This document shows, piece after piece, positions 9,603 through 19,498 of a DNA stretch of 64,000 nt (its first letter is position 1; the number at the start of each line of letters is the position of its first letter). Under the pieces are notes generated by a model, which was given only the letters and a program-made list of their open reading frames with translations, searched no databases and was not told the origin of the DNA. The DNA is from Candidatus Gastranaerophilales bacterium (GTDB lineage Bacteria; Cyanobacteriota; Vampirovibrionia; Gastranaerophilales; Gastranaerophilaceae): the NCBI GenBank assembly GCA_944322615.1, contig CALUPH010000008.1:7003-71002 (forward strand), given 5' to 3'. The translations under genes were made by a program, and so were the position numbers.

Positions 9603-11624
9603 ATGAAAAAGTATTTGGGCATATTGGGTTCATTGTTTATTTTATTTCAGCAAAATGTATATGCTGATACATCTTATATTGATTTAAAAGATAATTTGAG
9701 CAATAAAATAAATCCTGCTGTTATTAAAGAAAACCAGATTGAAGTTATTACAGATAACGAAAATTTGCTTCAAAATACTACAAAAAATAAACATCCGCAA
9801 TTAGAACTTAATGAAAAAGTTCTAAGTTATACTATGAATACAAATAATACTGTACAATCACCTTCAGAAAGTATTATTTATCAAGAAAATCAATCAAAAA
9901 TTAATGCTATAGACCCTCAAAAGCAAGGCAATGTAAACTCATATTATCCGGGTTTAAGAGGACCGAATCAATTAGTAATTTATACTCCTGCTTACGGATT
10001 AAGAACAGGTACAAATGAGTTCGGTACTGAAGCAATCGTTGAAAATAATATGGTTGTTCGTTTAAACGGTGCTGATTCGATTATTCCGAAAAATGGTTTT
10101 GTAATTTCAGGACATGGTAAGGCTAAAACTTGGATTATTAAAAATATTCAAGTCGGTTCAAAAGTTTATATTGATTATGCTGATAGTTCTTTAAAGGTAT
10201 TTTTAACACCTGATAGTCTAGTTTATGCTGCAAAAGAAAAAATCAAAGAAGTTAGTGGTCTTATTGAATATTACAGACAAAAAGATATTCTGTATAATGA
10301 CCGAAAAGCTAGTGAATATTTAGAAAATTCAAGAGAATTTTTACGCAGGGCTGAAAAAAAACCTGAAAAAACGCAGGCTTTTATTATGGATGCAATGTCC
10401 TCTTTGGATGATGCTATAAAAAATGCTATCCCATATTTTAATAATGAATTGAAAGGAGTTTGGGTTCGACCTGTTGAAAAAAACCATGCGCAAATTGCAA
10501 AAACTATAGAAAGAATGAAGGATGCAGGAATAACTGATATATTTTTAGAAACATATTTTCACGGTAAAACTATATATCCGAGTAAATATCTTAAAGATAA
10601 TGGTGTAATATGGCAAAGAGAAGAATTTCTGGGATTTGATCCGCTTGAAATATGGATTAGTGAAGCACATAAAAGAAATATGAAGGTTCATATTTGGTTT
10701 GAAAGTTTTTATGTAGGAAATGACAATCCTCAAACGACTCCTAATCATGTTCTGAGTGTATATCCAATGTGGGCAAATAAAAGACTTTCAAATTATGATT
10801 CAGAAACTCCCGTCCCATCATTATCAGAACATAATGGGTATTTTTTAGACCCTGCTAATATTCAAGTTCAAACTTATCTTTTGGGTATTTTAAATGAAAT
10901 AATTACTAATTATGAAATAGATGGTATAAATCTTGATTATGTAAGATATCCTCAAACTGTGGATCCATCTTATCCTAATTATGCTTCAACAAATTGGGGG
11001 TATACAAAGGTTGCCCGAGATGAATTTAAAGCTATGTATGGGCTTGATCCTATTGACATTGCATATGGTACAGGTGATTGGCAATTATGGACTATATATC
11101 GTCAACGACAAATATCAGAATTTATAAAAAGTGTAAAAAAGCTTACTTCTAATAAAAACATTAAACTAACAACAGTAGTTTTCCCAGATTTAAAAAAAGC
11201 TTCCGCAACAAAAATGCAAAATTGGAAGGTTTGGTCTATGAACAATCTTGTTGATGGTTTTACTCCTTTAATTTTGACAGGTGATAAGAATACGGCAGTA
11301 TTACTTTTAAAAGATATATTTAATAATACAAGTCCGACAACCAAAATTTATCCGGGATTATTTGTTACTTTCATGGGCGGACCATTTGAAGATTTGTTGA
11401 TTCAAATACATAAAACAAGAGAGTTTAGAGCAAAAGGCTCGATAATATTTGATTATGCACATTTAGATGATAAATACATTGAAGCTTTGAAAACAAGAGT
11501 TTATAATCAGACATATGAAAATCGTGAGTTTGATTTGAAAGCTCCCGAAAATTATACGCCGCAAGTAAAATATAATGAAAAGAAAAAGAAAAGATTTTGG
11601 AGAAAAGATAATGACAATAATTAA
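9603..11624 (+). CDS. Secreted glycosyl-hydrolase-like family 10 (GHL10/DUF187, YngK-like) protein
   Basis: Signal peptide. Central GVWVRPVE...AGITDIFLETYFHGKTIYPS and NLDYVRYP motifs typical of GHL10. Confidence 0.7.
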   Translation: MKKYLGILGSLFILFQQNVYADTSYIDLKDNLSNKINPAVIKENQIEVITDNENLLQNTTKNKHPQLELNEKVLSYTMNTNNTVQSPSESIIYQENQSKINAIDPQKQGNVNSYYPGLRGPNQLVIYTPAYGLRTGTNEFGTEAIVENNMVVRLNGADSIIPKNGFVISGHGKAKTWIIKNIQVGSKVYIDYADSSLKVFLTPDSLVYAAKEKIKEVSGLIEYYRQKDILYNDRKASEYLENSREFLRRAEKKPEKTQAFIMDAMSSLDDAIKNAIPYFNNELKGVWVRPVEKNHAQIAKTIERMKDAGITDIFLETYFHGKTIYPSKYLKDNGVIWQREEFLGFDPLEIWISEAHKRNMKVHIWFESFYVGNDNPQTTPNHVLSVYPMWANKRLSNYDSETPVPSLSEHNGYFLDPANIQVQTYLLGILNEIITNYEIDGINLDYVRYPQTVDPSYPNYASTNWGYTKVARDEFKAMYGLDPIDIAYGTGDWQLWTIYRQRQISEFIKSVKKLTSNKNIKLTTVVFPDLKKASATKMQNWKVWSMNNLVDGFTPLILTGDKNTAVLLLKDIFNNTSPTTKIYPGLFVTFMGGPFEDLLIQIHKTREFRAKGSIIFDYAHLDDKYIEALKTRVYNQTYENREFDLKAPENYTPQVKYNEKKKKRFWRKDNDNN

Positions 11625-12456
11625 TTTTACAAAAATGCAAGGTTTGGGTAATGATTTTGTAGTTCTTGACTATGAAGAATATAAAAAAACAAATAAAACT
11701 CCTCAAGAACTTGCACTAAAATTATGCGACAGACATTTTGGTATTGGCGCAGATGGTTTAATTATTGTTAATCCTGATACGAAGGATACTGATATCGGAT
11801 GGATTTTTTATAATAATGACGGTTCAATTGCACAAATGTGCGGGAATGGAATAAGATGTTTCGCTAAATATGTTTTTGAAAAAGGTTATGTAAATAAAAA
11901 AGAATTTTCGGTTGAAACTAAAGCCGGAACAATTATTCCTAAAATTTTAGATAATGGACTTGTTAGGGTTAATATGTCTCAGCCTATTTTAGAACCGGAG
12001 AAAATTCCTGTAAAAGTTAATAATAACTTGAATTTTGAGGTTGTTGTATCAGATAGAACATTTATAGCAAATGCAGTTAGTATGGGAAATCCTCATTGCA
12101 TTATTATTACTGATGAAAATACAAAGGAATTGGCTTTAAAGTATGGTCGTGAGATAGAAACGCATCCTTTATTCCCGGAAAAAACTAATGTAGAGTTTAT
12201 AAAAATTTTATCACGTGATGAAATTAATTTGGATGTATGGGAAAGAGGTTGTGCAATTACTCTGGCATGCGGAACAGGGGCTTGTGCCAGCGTAACAGCT
12301 GCTATATTAAACGGTTTATGTGATAATAAAGTAAAAGTAAATTTACCGGGCGGACAGCTTTTAATTGAGTGGGATGGTAATATTAACGATACAAAACATG
12401 ATATCTTTATGTCTGGCAGAGCTGATTATTCTTTTACGGGACAAATTGAAGTATAG
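11611..12456 (+). CDS. dapF: Diaminopimelate epimerase
   Basis: FTKMQGLGNDFVVLD N-terminus and two catalytic Cys motifs (MCGNGIRC, ACGTGACA). GGAG RBS before the ATG at 11611, so the track start at 11575 is probably too far upstream. Confidence 0.9.
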   Translation: MTIINFTKMQGLGNDFVVLDYEEYKKTNKTPQELALKLCDRHFGIGADGLIIVNPDTKDTDIGWIFYNNDGSIAQMCGNGIRCFAKYVFEKGYVNKKEFSVETKAGTIIPKILDNGLVRVNMSQPILEPEKIPVKVNNNLNFEVVVSDRTFIANAVSMGNPHCIIITDENTKELALKYGREIETHPLFPEKTNVEFIKILSRDEINLDVWERGCAITLACGTGACASVTAAILNGLCDNKVKVNLPGGQLLIEWDGNINDTKHDIFMSGRADYSFTGQIEV

Positions 12457-12503
12457 ACCTTATACTAATTGCAAAGACTAAAAACATAGGTTAATATTAA
12501 CTT

Positions 12504-13469
12504 ATGAATCTTTTGGAAATTAAAAATCTTAATCTGAGCTTTCATTCTGATGACAAAGATTATCAAGCGTTGCATAATATAAATTTAGAATTAGAGAAAG
12601 GACAAATGCTTGCTCTTGTCGGAGAATCAGGTTGCGGTAAGACAATTACTGCCATGTCTGTTCTAAGGCTGCTTGCTCCAAATGCAAAAATTACATCGGG
12701 GAAAATAATATATAATGGTAAAGATTTACTTTCTTTACCGGAAAAGGAAATGCAATATATTAGAGGACGAGAAATAGCACTCGTTCCTCAGGATCCTATG
12801 ACGTCTTTGAATCCTCTTTATACTATTGGTTCGCAGCTTTTAGAAGTTATAGAAGTTCATCAAAATGTAAAAGGAAAAGAAGCGGAAAAAATAGCGATTG
12901 ATGTTTTAGACTTGGTAAAAATTCCAAATGCAAAAGAAAGACTAAAAGCATATCCTCACGAATTTTCGGGTGGAATGCGCCAAAGAGTAATAATTGCTAT
13001 GGCCATAGCTTGTCAATCGAAAATTATAATTGCTGATGAACCGACTACTGCACTTGATGTTACTGTTCAAGCTCAAATAATGGATCTTTTAAAAGAAATT
13101 CAAAATAATTTTGGTACATCATTTATTTTTATTTCTCATGATTTTGGTTTGGTTTATGAATCTGCCGATAAGGTTGCTGTTATGTATGCCGGGCATGTTG
13201 TTGAGTATTCTTCTGCTGTTGAATTATTTAAAAATCCCAAACATCCTTATACAAAGGCATTGTTAAAAACCTTGCCCGATTTTAATTCAAAAAAGTTAGA
13301 AGCTATAGAAGGACAGCCTCCTTCTATAAAAGATTGTTTTCAGGGCTGTTCTTTTGAGCCGAGGTGCAAGTTAAAAATGGATATATGTAAGATAAATCAT
13401 CCTGATTGCTATACACTTGAAAATTCTTGTGTATCTTGCTTTTTATATGATAAGTCTAAAATGAAATAA
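12504..13469 (+). CDS. Oligopeptide/dipeptide-type ABC transporter ATP-binding protein (OppD/DppD-like)
   Basis: Walker A GESGCGKT, signature FSGGMRQR, Walker B IIIADEPT, Cys-rich OppD-type C-terminal extension. Confidence 0.85.
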   Translation: MNLLEIKNLNLSFHSDDKDYQALHNINLELEKGQMLALVGESGCGKTITAMSVLRLLAPNAKITSGKIIYNGKDLLSLPEKEMQYIRGREIALVPQDPMTSLNPLYTIGSQLLEVIEVHQNVKGKEAEKIAIDVLDLVKIPNAKERLKAYPHEFSGGMRQRVIIAMAIACQSKIIIADEPTTALDVTVQAQIMDLLKEIQNNFGTSFIFISHDFGLVYESADKVAVMYAGHVVEYSSAVELFKNPKHPYTKALLKTLPDFNSKKLEAIEGQPPSIKDCFQGCSFEPRCKLKMDICKINHPDCYTLENSCVSCFLYDKSKMK

Positions 13470-13477
13470 TTTTATTG

Positions 13478-13506
13478 TTGACATTTTATAGACAAATGTC
13501 TATAAT
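13478..13506 (+). promoter_or_regulatory. Consensus sigma-70-type promoter of the lexA-like gene
   Basis: TTGACA (13478-13483), 17 nt, TATAAT (13501-13506), lying 7 nt before the ATG at 13513. Confidence 0.6.
13488..13503. promoter_or_regulatory. Palindromic operator candidate (putative SOS box)
   Basis: ATAGACAAATGTCTAT has 7-bp perfect arms (core TAGAC-N4-GTCTA). It sits in the promoter spacer and overlaps the -10 element. Confidence 0.45.
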
Positions 13507-13512
13507 GTTAAT

Positions 13513-14088
13513 ATGCTTACAGAAAAACAAAAAATATTCTTTGAAAAACTAAAAGAATCATATGGTAAAGAAGCACTTCCAAGCTTTGATATTATTGCCA
13601 AAGATTTTGGATTTAAACATAAAAATTCAGTATGGCAATATTTCAATAAACTTAAGGAAGAAGAGTTGATTTATGAACGAAATAACAGATTTTACATTAA
13701 TAAAGATTTGTTTGGAGCCGTTTTATTTTCTTCTGTAGTAAAAGCAGGATTTGCGTCTGTTGCTGATGATAGTATTGAAAAAAGACTATCTCTCGATGAA
13801 AGCTTTAATATAAATAGTCCTTCAACTTTCTTATTTACTGTTTCAGGTGATTCAATGATAGAACTTGGTATTTATGAAGGTGATAAGGTAATTGTTCAAA
13901 AAACTAATACTGCAAAGGATGGAGATATTGTTATCGCATATATTGATGACGGATATACATTGAAAACTTATAGAAATAAGCAAGGAAAAGTATGGTTAGA
14001 ACCTGCAAATTCTAATTATCCTAATTTATATCCGAAGGAGCAATTAATAATTTTTGGTGTTGCACAAGGAATTGTACGAAAATTTTAA
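13513..14088 (+). CDS. lexA: LexA-like S24 peptidase repressor
   Basis: N-terminal wHTH-like region, VKAGF Ala-Gly cleavage-site-like motif, GDSM catalytic Ser and a downstream LKTY Lys. 191 aa. Confidence 0.75.
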   Translation: MLTEKQKIFFEKLKESYGKEALPSFDIIAKDFGFKHKNSVWQYFNKLKEEELIYERNNRFYINKDLFGAVLFSSVVKAGFASVADDSIEKRLSLDESFNINSPSTFLFTVSGDSMIELGIYEGDKVIVQKTNTAKDGDIVIAYIDDGYTLKTYRNKQGKVWLEPANSNYPNLYPKEQLIIFGVAQGIVRKF

Positions 14089-14117
14089 TTATTCAAATAT
14101 ACACATTTATTCTTCTA

Positions 14118-14160
14118 TTGCGGGGCATTTCCTCCCTATAGACCCCGCAAAATTTTTATT
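14118..14160 (+). terminator. Possible terminator/attenuator hairpin
   Basis: TTGCGGGG / CCCCGCAA stem with a 17-nt loop, followed by AATTTTTATT. Confidence 0.4.
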
Positions 14161-14171
14161 AGGTTTTATAT

Positions 14172-15389
14172 ATGAAACAGAAAATAATTGCATTAGTTGA
14201 TGGAAATAATTTTTTTGCAAGTTGCGAAGTATTAATGAATCCTTCTTTAAAAGGAAAACCTGTATGTGTGTTAAGCAATAATGACGGTTGTGTTATAGCT
14301 CGTTCTTATGAGGCGAAAAAACTGGGTGTTAAAATGGGGATGCCTTACTTCATTGCGAAGAAAACTTTTACCGGGGTTACCTATTTAAGTGCTGATTTTT
14401 CTTTATATCATGAACTTTCTCAGAGAATGATGAATTTGATAAGCAGTTATTCTGATAAAGTTGATGTTTATTCTATTGATGAGGCTTTTTTGGATATAAC
14501 CGGGTTAGATAAAGTTTTAAAATTGTCTTTCAAAGAAATAGCCATCAAAATAAAACAAGATATTGAATCGCATATAGGAATTTCTGTTTCTGTTGGTATT
14601 GCTAATTCTAAAGTTTTAGCAAAACTTGCAACACATAAGGCAAAAAATAAAAATGGTATATATGTAATAGAAAGTAATAATATAAAAGATGAACTGCAAA
14701 ATATTCCGGTTGAAGAAGTTTGGGGCGTTGGGAAAAATATTGCAAGGAGTTTAAGAAAATATGGTATTTTTTATGCGGATGAAATTTTATTAAAGGATGA
14801 TAATTTTTACAAAGTTAATTATGGAAAAAAAGGCTTGGAACTTAAATATGAATTAATGGGAATTAGTGTAATTCCTTTAACGGGGATTGAAGAAAAACCG
14901 AAGTCTATACAAAGAACACGCGCATTTCCCGAGTTTTCAAGAAATAAACGATATATTATTACCGAACTGGAAATCCACCTTCATAATATATGTAAAAAAT
15001 TAAGAATGAATAATCAAAAAACTTCTTTAATATATGTAATGCTTAGAACCAAAGATTTTAGGGTATTTGTAAAAGATAAAAAACTTGATGTTGCAACTGA
15101 TTCTGAATTTATATTAAAGAAAACAGTAATAGAACTTTTTGAATCTGTTTTTAATGAAGAAATAGTTTATCGTTCATCAGGTATTTATGCTGCGGAATTA
15201 AAAGATACAGAAAAGGTTCAATTGCCTTTATTTGAGCAAATTTCGCATAAAAAAGGTGAAGAGGTTTCTTTGGTTATTGATAAAATTGAAGGTATATATG
15301 GACGCGGGAGTATTTCTTTAGGTTATTCCGGCATAAAAGATATACAAGAAAAACATAAGCGAAAGATGCAGTTTAGACCTTTTTCTTAA
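14172..15389 (+). CDS. Y-family translesion DNA polymerase (UmuC/DinB-like)
   Basis: IALVDGNNFFASCE N-terminus, SIDEAFLD catalytic motif, and the expected length. Confidence 0.85.
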   Translation: MKQKIIALVDGNNFFASCEVLMNPSLKGKPVCVLSNNDGCVIARSYEAKKLGVKMGMPYFIAKKTFTGVTYLSADFSLYHELSQRMMNLISSYSDKVDVYSIDEAFLDITGLDKVLKLSFKEIAIKIKQDIESHIGISVSVGIANSKVLAKLATHKAKNKNGIYVIESNNIKDELQNIPVEEVWGVGKNIARSLRKYGIFYADEILLKDDNFYKVNYGKKGLELKYELMGISVIPLTGIEEKPKSIQRTRAFPEFSRNKRYIITELEIHLHNICKKLRMNNQKTSLIYVMLRTKDFRVFVKDKKLDVATDSEFILKKTVIELFESVFNEEIVYRSSGIYAAELKDTEKVQLPLFEQISHKKGEEVSLVIDKIEGIYGRGSISLGYSGIKDIQEKHKRKMQFRPFS

Positions 15390-15483
15390 TTAAGCTTAAA
15401 ATATTTTAAAGATGAAGTTTATTTATTGGAAACGATAGTATTTATATGTTATAAAAGTGTAGGAAGGATGAAGGGATAGCTGT

Positions 15484-16326
15484 TTGAAAAGAATATTTAT
15501 AAAAACTTTTATATTTTTATTTCTATTCGGTTCTTTTTCCGGTTTTGTTCGTTCATATGCAGAAGTAATTCGTTTAGAACCTACTGAAAAAAATACGCTT
15601 AAGCTTAAATCAAAAGAAGATGTTTATAATAAAAATCTTGTAATACAAGATAGAGAAGTAGTTGAAGATTTGATAAAAATGCAAAAAGAAGAAGAGGTTA
15701 AAGATATTGAACTTCTTTGGAGAGCAACTATTGATAATAATACTTTGATAAAATTTACCATGAATAAATTGAATACACCTGAATCACAAAGAAGATTACA
15801 TTCTTCCTTAATGGCAAAAGGTTTGTCTTCTCTTATTTATGGGGCAAGTTTTATACCAATGTTTACAGGGTCCAATGCAATGCTTCAATCGGCTTCATTT
15901 TCAGCAGGTCGATTGGCTAATAATTTTATTAATAAAGAAGCATCAGCTGGTCAACAAGCTCCAATTACAGATACTGAGTTGATACAACTGGCGGGAACCA
16001 TTGAAGAGCTTCAAGAAAAAATAATTTCTTCTTATTATGAATATAAAGGAGCTTTAAATAAGCTTAAGGATACTCGTTCTAGGATTATTCTTTATAATAA
16101 AAATTATTCCAGAGCATTGCAAAATAAATCAGTTACAGAACTGGTAGTATCATCTGCTTTATATGAGGATATGCAGCTTCAGGAATATAAACAAGAGCAA
16201 GAGGCTAAAAAATGTTATCTCTCATTAGAACGCTTAGCAGGCAAAAAAGCTGTTGATAGTTTGATTTTATCTCAATATGCTTTAAAAAATCAGTTGGTTA
16301 ATACGGAAAAGATAAGCAATCAATGA
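15484..16326 (+). CDS. Secreted hypothetical protein, paralog A of a coupled pair
   Basis: TTG start and a signal peptide. Shares LW-x-A...IKF...KL-x-x-P, a G/A/S-rich hydrophobic segment, and a TD-x-[ED]-[LM]-I...YY-[ED]-Y coiled-coil region with the next gene. Confidence 0.6.
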   Translation: MKRIFIKTFIFLFLFGSFSGFVRSYAEVIRLEPTEKNTLKLKSKEDVYNKNLVIQDREVVEDLIKMQKEEEVKDIELLWRATIDNNTLIKFTMNKLNTPESQRRLHSSLMAKGLSSLIYGASFIPMFTGSNAMLQSASFSAGRLANNFINKEASAGQQAPITDTELIQLAGTIEELQEKIISSYYEYKGALNKLKDTRSRIILYNKNYSRALQNKSVTELVVSSALYEDMQLQEYKQEQEAKKCYLSLERLAGKKAVDSLILSQYALKNQLVNTEKISNQ

Positions 16327-17201
16327 AAAAGTTTTTATTTGTGTATTTTATTTTAATATTATTTGTAAATCCTTGTTTTTCTGTAACAGAGGATGAACTT
16401 ACAGAGCCGAAATCGCCTGCTTATCGTTTAGGTGTTACATATGATTTGGAAAGAGAATATAAACTTACAGATTTAACACAGTCACAAAAAGAAAAAACAG
16501 CATCATATGCAAAAGAATATATAAGGAACTCAACTTATGCAGATAGTTCTTTAAAGGATTTATCTAATGAAATTTCAAAACTTTTGACACTTGAAAAACA
16601 AGAAATGTTAGAACATATACAAATATTATGGGCAGGAGCTGCATTAAGAAGTGAAACTATAAAATTTGCATTATATAAACTATCAAATCCGGATGCAGAT
16701 AAACCGGATGAGACAATTATAAAAAAAATTATAAGACCTTTATCAACAGTATCATCAATAGCAGGTGCAGGATTGGGGGATCCTTTTAGTGCAACAGCTG
16801 CATTATTTAGCGGACATCTTTTAAATTCACTTTCTTATAATGATAAAGATTTAAACTATAAATATACAAAAGTAACAGATGCAGATATGATTGTGCTTAT
16901 TACAAAAGTAGATAATATGCAGAAAAAAGTAATTGATTTATATTATGACTATATGACCAGTTATAATTTGCTTTCAATGTGTGAAAAGAATATAAAAAAA
17001 CGCGAAGAAAGATATAATGCTTCTTTTTATGAAAATGAAGAACAGTTGCTTATTGCTGATGCATATTATCGTTCTGCCATTGATAATAAAGCAAAATTAG
17101 AACTTGAATTTTTAGAAAATCGAGCAGCATTGGAACAGCTTGTAGGTCTTGAAGCTTTAGTAGAATTTGAAAAACTTTTATTGAAAAATTCAACTAATTA
17201 G
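16323..17201 (+). CDS. Secreted hypothetical protein, paralog B of a coupled pair
   Basis: ATGA start/stop overlap with the previous gene, a signal peptide, and the same architecture as paralog A. Confidence 0.6.
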   Translation: MKKFLFVYFILILFVNPCFSVTEDELTEPKSPAYRLGVTYDLEREYKLTDLTQSQKEKTASYAKEYIRNSTYADSSLKDLSNEISKLLTLEKQEMLEHIQILWAGAALRSETIKFALYKLSNPDADKPDETIIKKIIRPLSTVSSIAGAGLGDPFSATAALFSGHLLNSLSYNDKDLNYKYTKVTDADMIVLITKVDNMQKKVIDLYYDYMTSYNLLSMCEKNIKKREERYNASFYENEEQLLIADAYYRSAIDNKAKLELEFLENRAALEQLVGLEALVEFEKLLLKNSTN

Positions 17202-19404
17202 TTTTCTTTTTCTGTTTATTTTTCGTTTTTTGTTTTAAATCAGGAGTTGCTTTTACCTTTGAATTCATTTGAATTCTTTTTACTGAATGTACATCGGGTA
17301 ATGATTGAAACGCATTAATTACAGCGTTTAAATTATCAATACCGTTTACTTCCACCCCAAGTTCGATTATACCGACTTTTTTTGCATAATTAGTTTTGAC
17401 ATTTGCATATGTAATATTAGTATTTGTGTCAGCTGCTTTGATTAAAATATCCTTTAACATACCAAGTTTATCAACACAATTTATTCTTATTGAAGTTACA
17501 TATGTTTTGTTTGGATTTTCATTATTTTTCCAACTGATTTTCATTAATCTTTCTTCAGGTACTGTGTCTAGAGAAGGACAATCAATTCTGTGAATAGAAA
17601 CACCTTTGCCTCTGGTTACAACGCCAACAATGTGTTCACCCGGAACAGGGGAACAACATTTTGCAAAGCTGTAGAGCATACCTTCTAAACCAACAATTTC
17701 GTCTTTATATTGACTCTTTTTCTTATTTGAAACATATTGATTTGATTCTTCTTCAACTGGTTTTTTAATTTTACTTGTAACTTTATTTAATGTAGTTTCG
17801 CCATTTCCTATAGCAGCAAGCAAGTCATCAACAGAAATGTAATTTAATGTTTTTGCAATCTCCAGCATATGACCGTTTTTGATGTTTTCGTCATATACTG
17901 CTTTTGTGATTTCTTGTTCAAGCATTGATCTGCCATTATCAATGTATTCATCTCTGTTATGTTTCTTGAACCATTGTCTTATTTTAGATTGAGCTTGTTT
18001 CGTAACACAGAATTTTAACCAATGAAGTTTTGGTGTTCCTGTTTTAGATGTGAAAAGTTCAACAATATCACCATTTTTAAGTTTTGTGTCAAGTTGTGCA
18101 ATTCTACCGTTAATTAAGGCACCTGTTGTTTTATATCCAACTTCTGAGTGAATTCTGAATGCAAAGTCTATAGGTGTTGCATTTTGTGGCAAATCAATAA
18201 TGTCACCCATTGGGGTAAATGCAAATACTTGGTTACCAAATAAATCAATTTTAACCTTTTCAACAAATTCGTTTGCATTTGAAGCTTCTTTTTCAAGTTC
18301 AATCATTTGGTGCATCCAAGAAAATTTAATGTCATCTTCAGAAGCTGCTTTTATAGAACCTGATTCTTTATATTTCCAGTGGGCCGCAACACCATATTCT
18401 GCAACTTTGTGCATTTCTTTAGTTCTTATTTGTACTTCTAAAGGTTTTTGTCTTGGACCGATTACTGATGTATGTAATGATTTATATCCGTTACCTTTTG
18501 GCATCGCTATGTAGTCTTTAAATCTTCCCGGTATTGGTTTAAATAATGAATGGATTATACCAAGTACTTCATAGCATTGACGTTCAGTATCTACTATAAC
18601 TCTTACTGCTGTTATGTCGTATAAATCGTTAAATGCAACATTTAGTCTTTGCATCTTTTTGTATATACTGTAATAATGCTTTGCTCTTCCAGTTATTTCA
18701 GCATTTATTTCATTCTTTTTTAGACTTTCAGAAATTTCATCAATCAAAAGTTTAACGGTATTTTCACGTTCTACTTTTTTTTGCGCTACAAGTTGTGCTA
18801 TTTCAAAATATTTTTCAGGATTAAGATAACGTAATGATAAATCTTCAAGTTCAGCTTTTATTTTCCCGATACCTAATCTGTTGGCTAGTGGAGCAAAAAT
18901 ATCAAGTGTTTCTTGTGCTATTCTTACTTGTTTTACAGGGGTCATATAGTTTAGCGTTCTCATGTTATGGAGTCTGTCGGCAAGTTTTAAGAATATAACT
19001 CTGACATCTTTTGCCATTGCTATAAACATTCGTCTGAAACTTTCAGCTTGCCTTTCTTCCTTTGATTTGAATTGATATTTATCTAATTTTGTTACTCCGA
19101 GAACTAAATTTAATACATCTTCTCCGAATTCTGCACCTAGTTGTTCAGGTGTGATACCTGTATCTTCTATTGTATCGTGTAAAATTGATGCCATTAGAGT
19201 ATGTTTATCCACTCTAAGTGTTGCTAATATTTTCGCTACTTCTACAGGGTGAATTATATATGGTTCTTCACTTACACGGTATTGTCCCGCGTGTAATTTC
19301 TCTGCAAATTTGTATGCTTTGTATATTTCTTGTATGTCTTCTTCTGAACGATTCTGTTCTCTTAAAATTTTTTCTAAGCCGATAAATATATTTTCTTGTT
19401 CCAT
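17194..19404 (-). CDS. rel: Bifunctional (p)ppGpp synthetase/hydrolase (RelA/SpoT homolog)
   Basis: HD hydrolase motif (HDTIEDT), RelA/SpoT synthetase region, TGS and ACT-like C-terminal regions. 736 aa. Confidence 0.9.
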   Translation of the reverse strand: MEQENIFIGLEKILREQNRSEEDIQEIYKAYKFAEKLHAGQYRVSEEPYIIHPVEVAKILATLRVDKHTLMASILHDTIEDTGITPEQLGAEFGEDVLNLVLGVTKLDKYQFKSKEERQAESFRRMFIAMAKDVRVIFLKLADRLHNMRTLNYMTPVKQVRIAQETLDIFAPLANRLGIGKIKAELEDLSLRYLNPEKYFEIAQLVAQKKVERENTVKLLIDEISESLKKNEINAEITGRAKHYYSIYKKMQRLNVAFNDLYDITAVRVIVDTERQCYEVLGIIHSLFKPIPGRFKDYIAMPKGNGYKSLHTSVIGPRQKPLEVQIRTKEMHKVAEYGVAAHWKYKESGSIKAASEDDIKFSWMHQMIELEKEASNANEFVEKVKIDLFGNQVFAFTPMGDIIDLPQNATPIDFAFRIHSEVGYKTTGALINGRIAQLDTKLKNGDIVELFTSKTGTPKLHWLKFCVTKQAQSKIRQWFKKHNRDEYIDNGRSMLEQEITKAVYDENIKNGHMLEIAKTLNYISVDDLLAAIGNGETTLNKVTSKIKKPVEEESNQYVSNKKKSQYKDEIVGLEGMLYSFAKCCSPVPGEHIVGVVTRGKGVSIHRIDCPSLDTVPEERLMKISWKNNENPNKTYVTSIRINCVDKLGMLKDILIKAADTNTNITYANVKTNYAKKVGIIELGVEVNGIDNLNAVINAFQSLPDVHSVKRIQMNSKVKATPDLKQKTKNKQKKKTN

Positions 19405-19498
19405 ATTTTGCCCTGCAGTTTGATTTAATTTTACAATGTAATTTTATTTTTTCCAATAAAAATGATAATACATACTTCACTTGGTGTATAATTCAATT

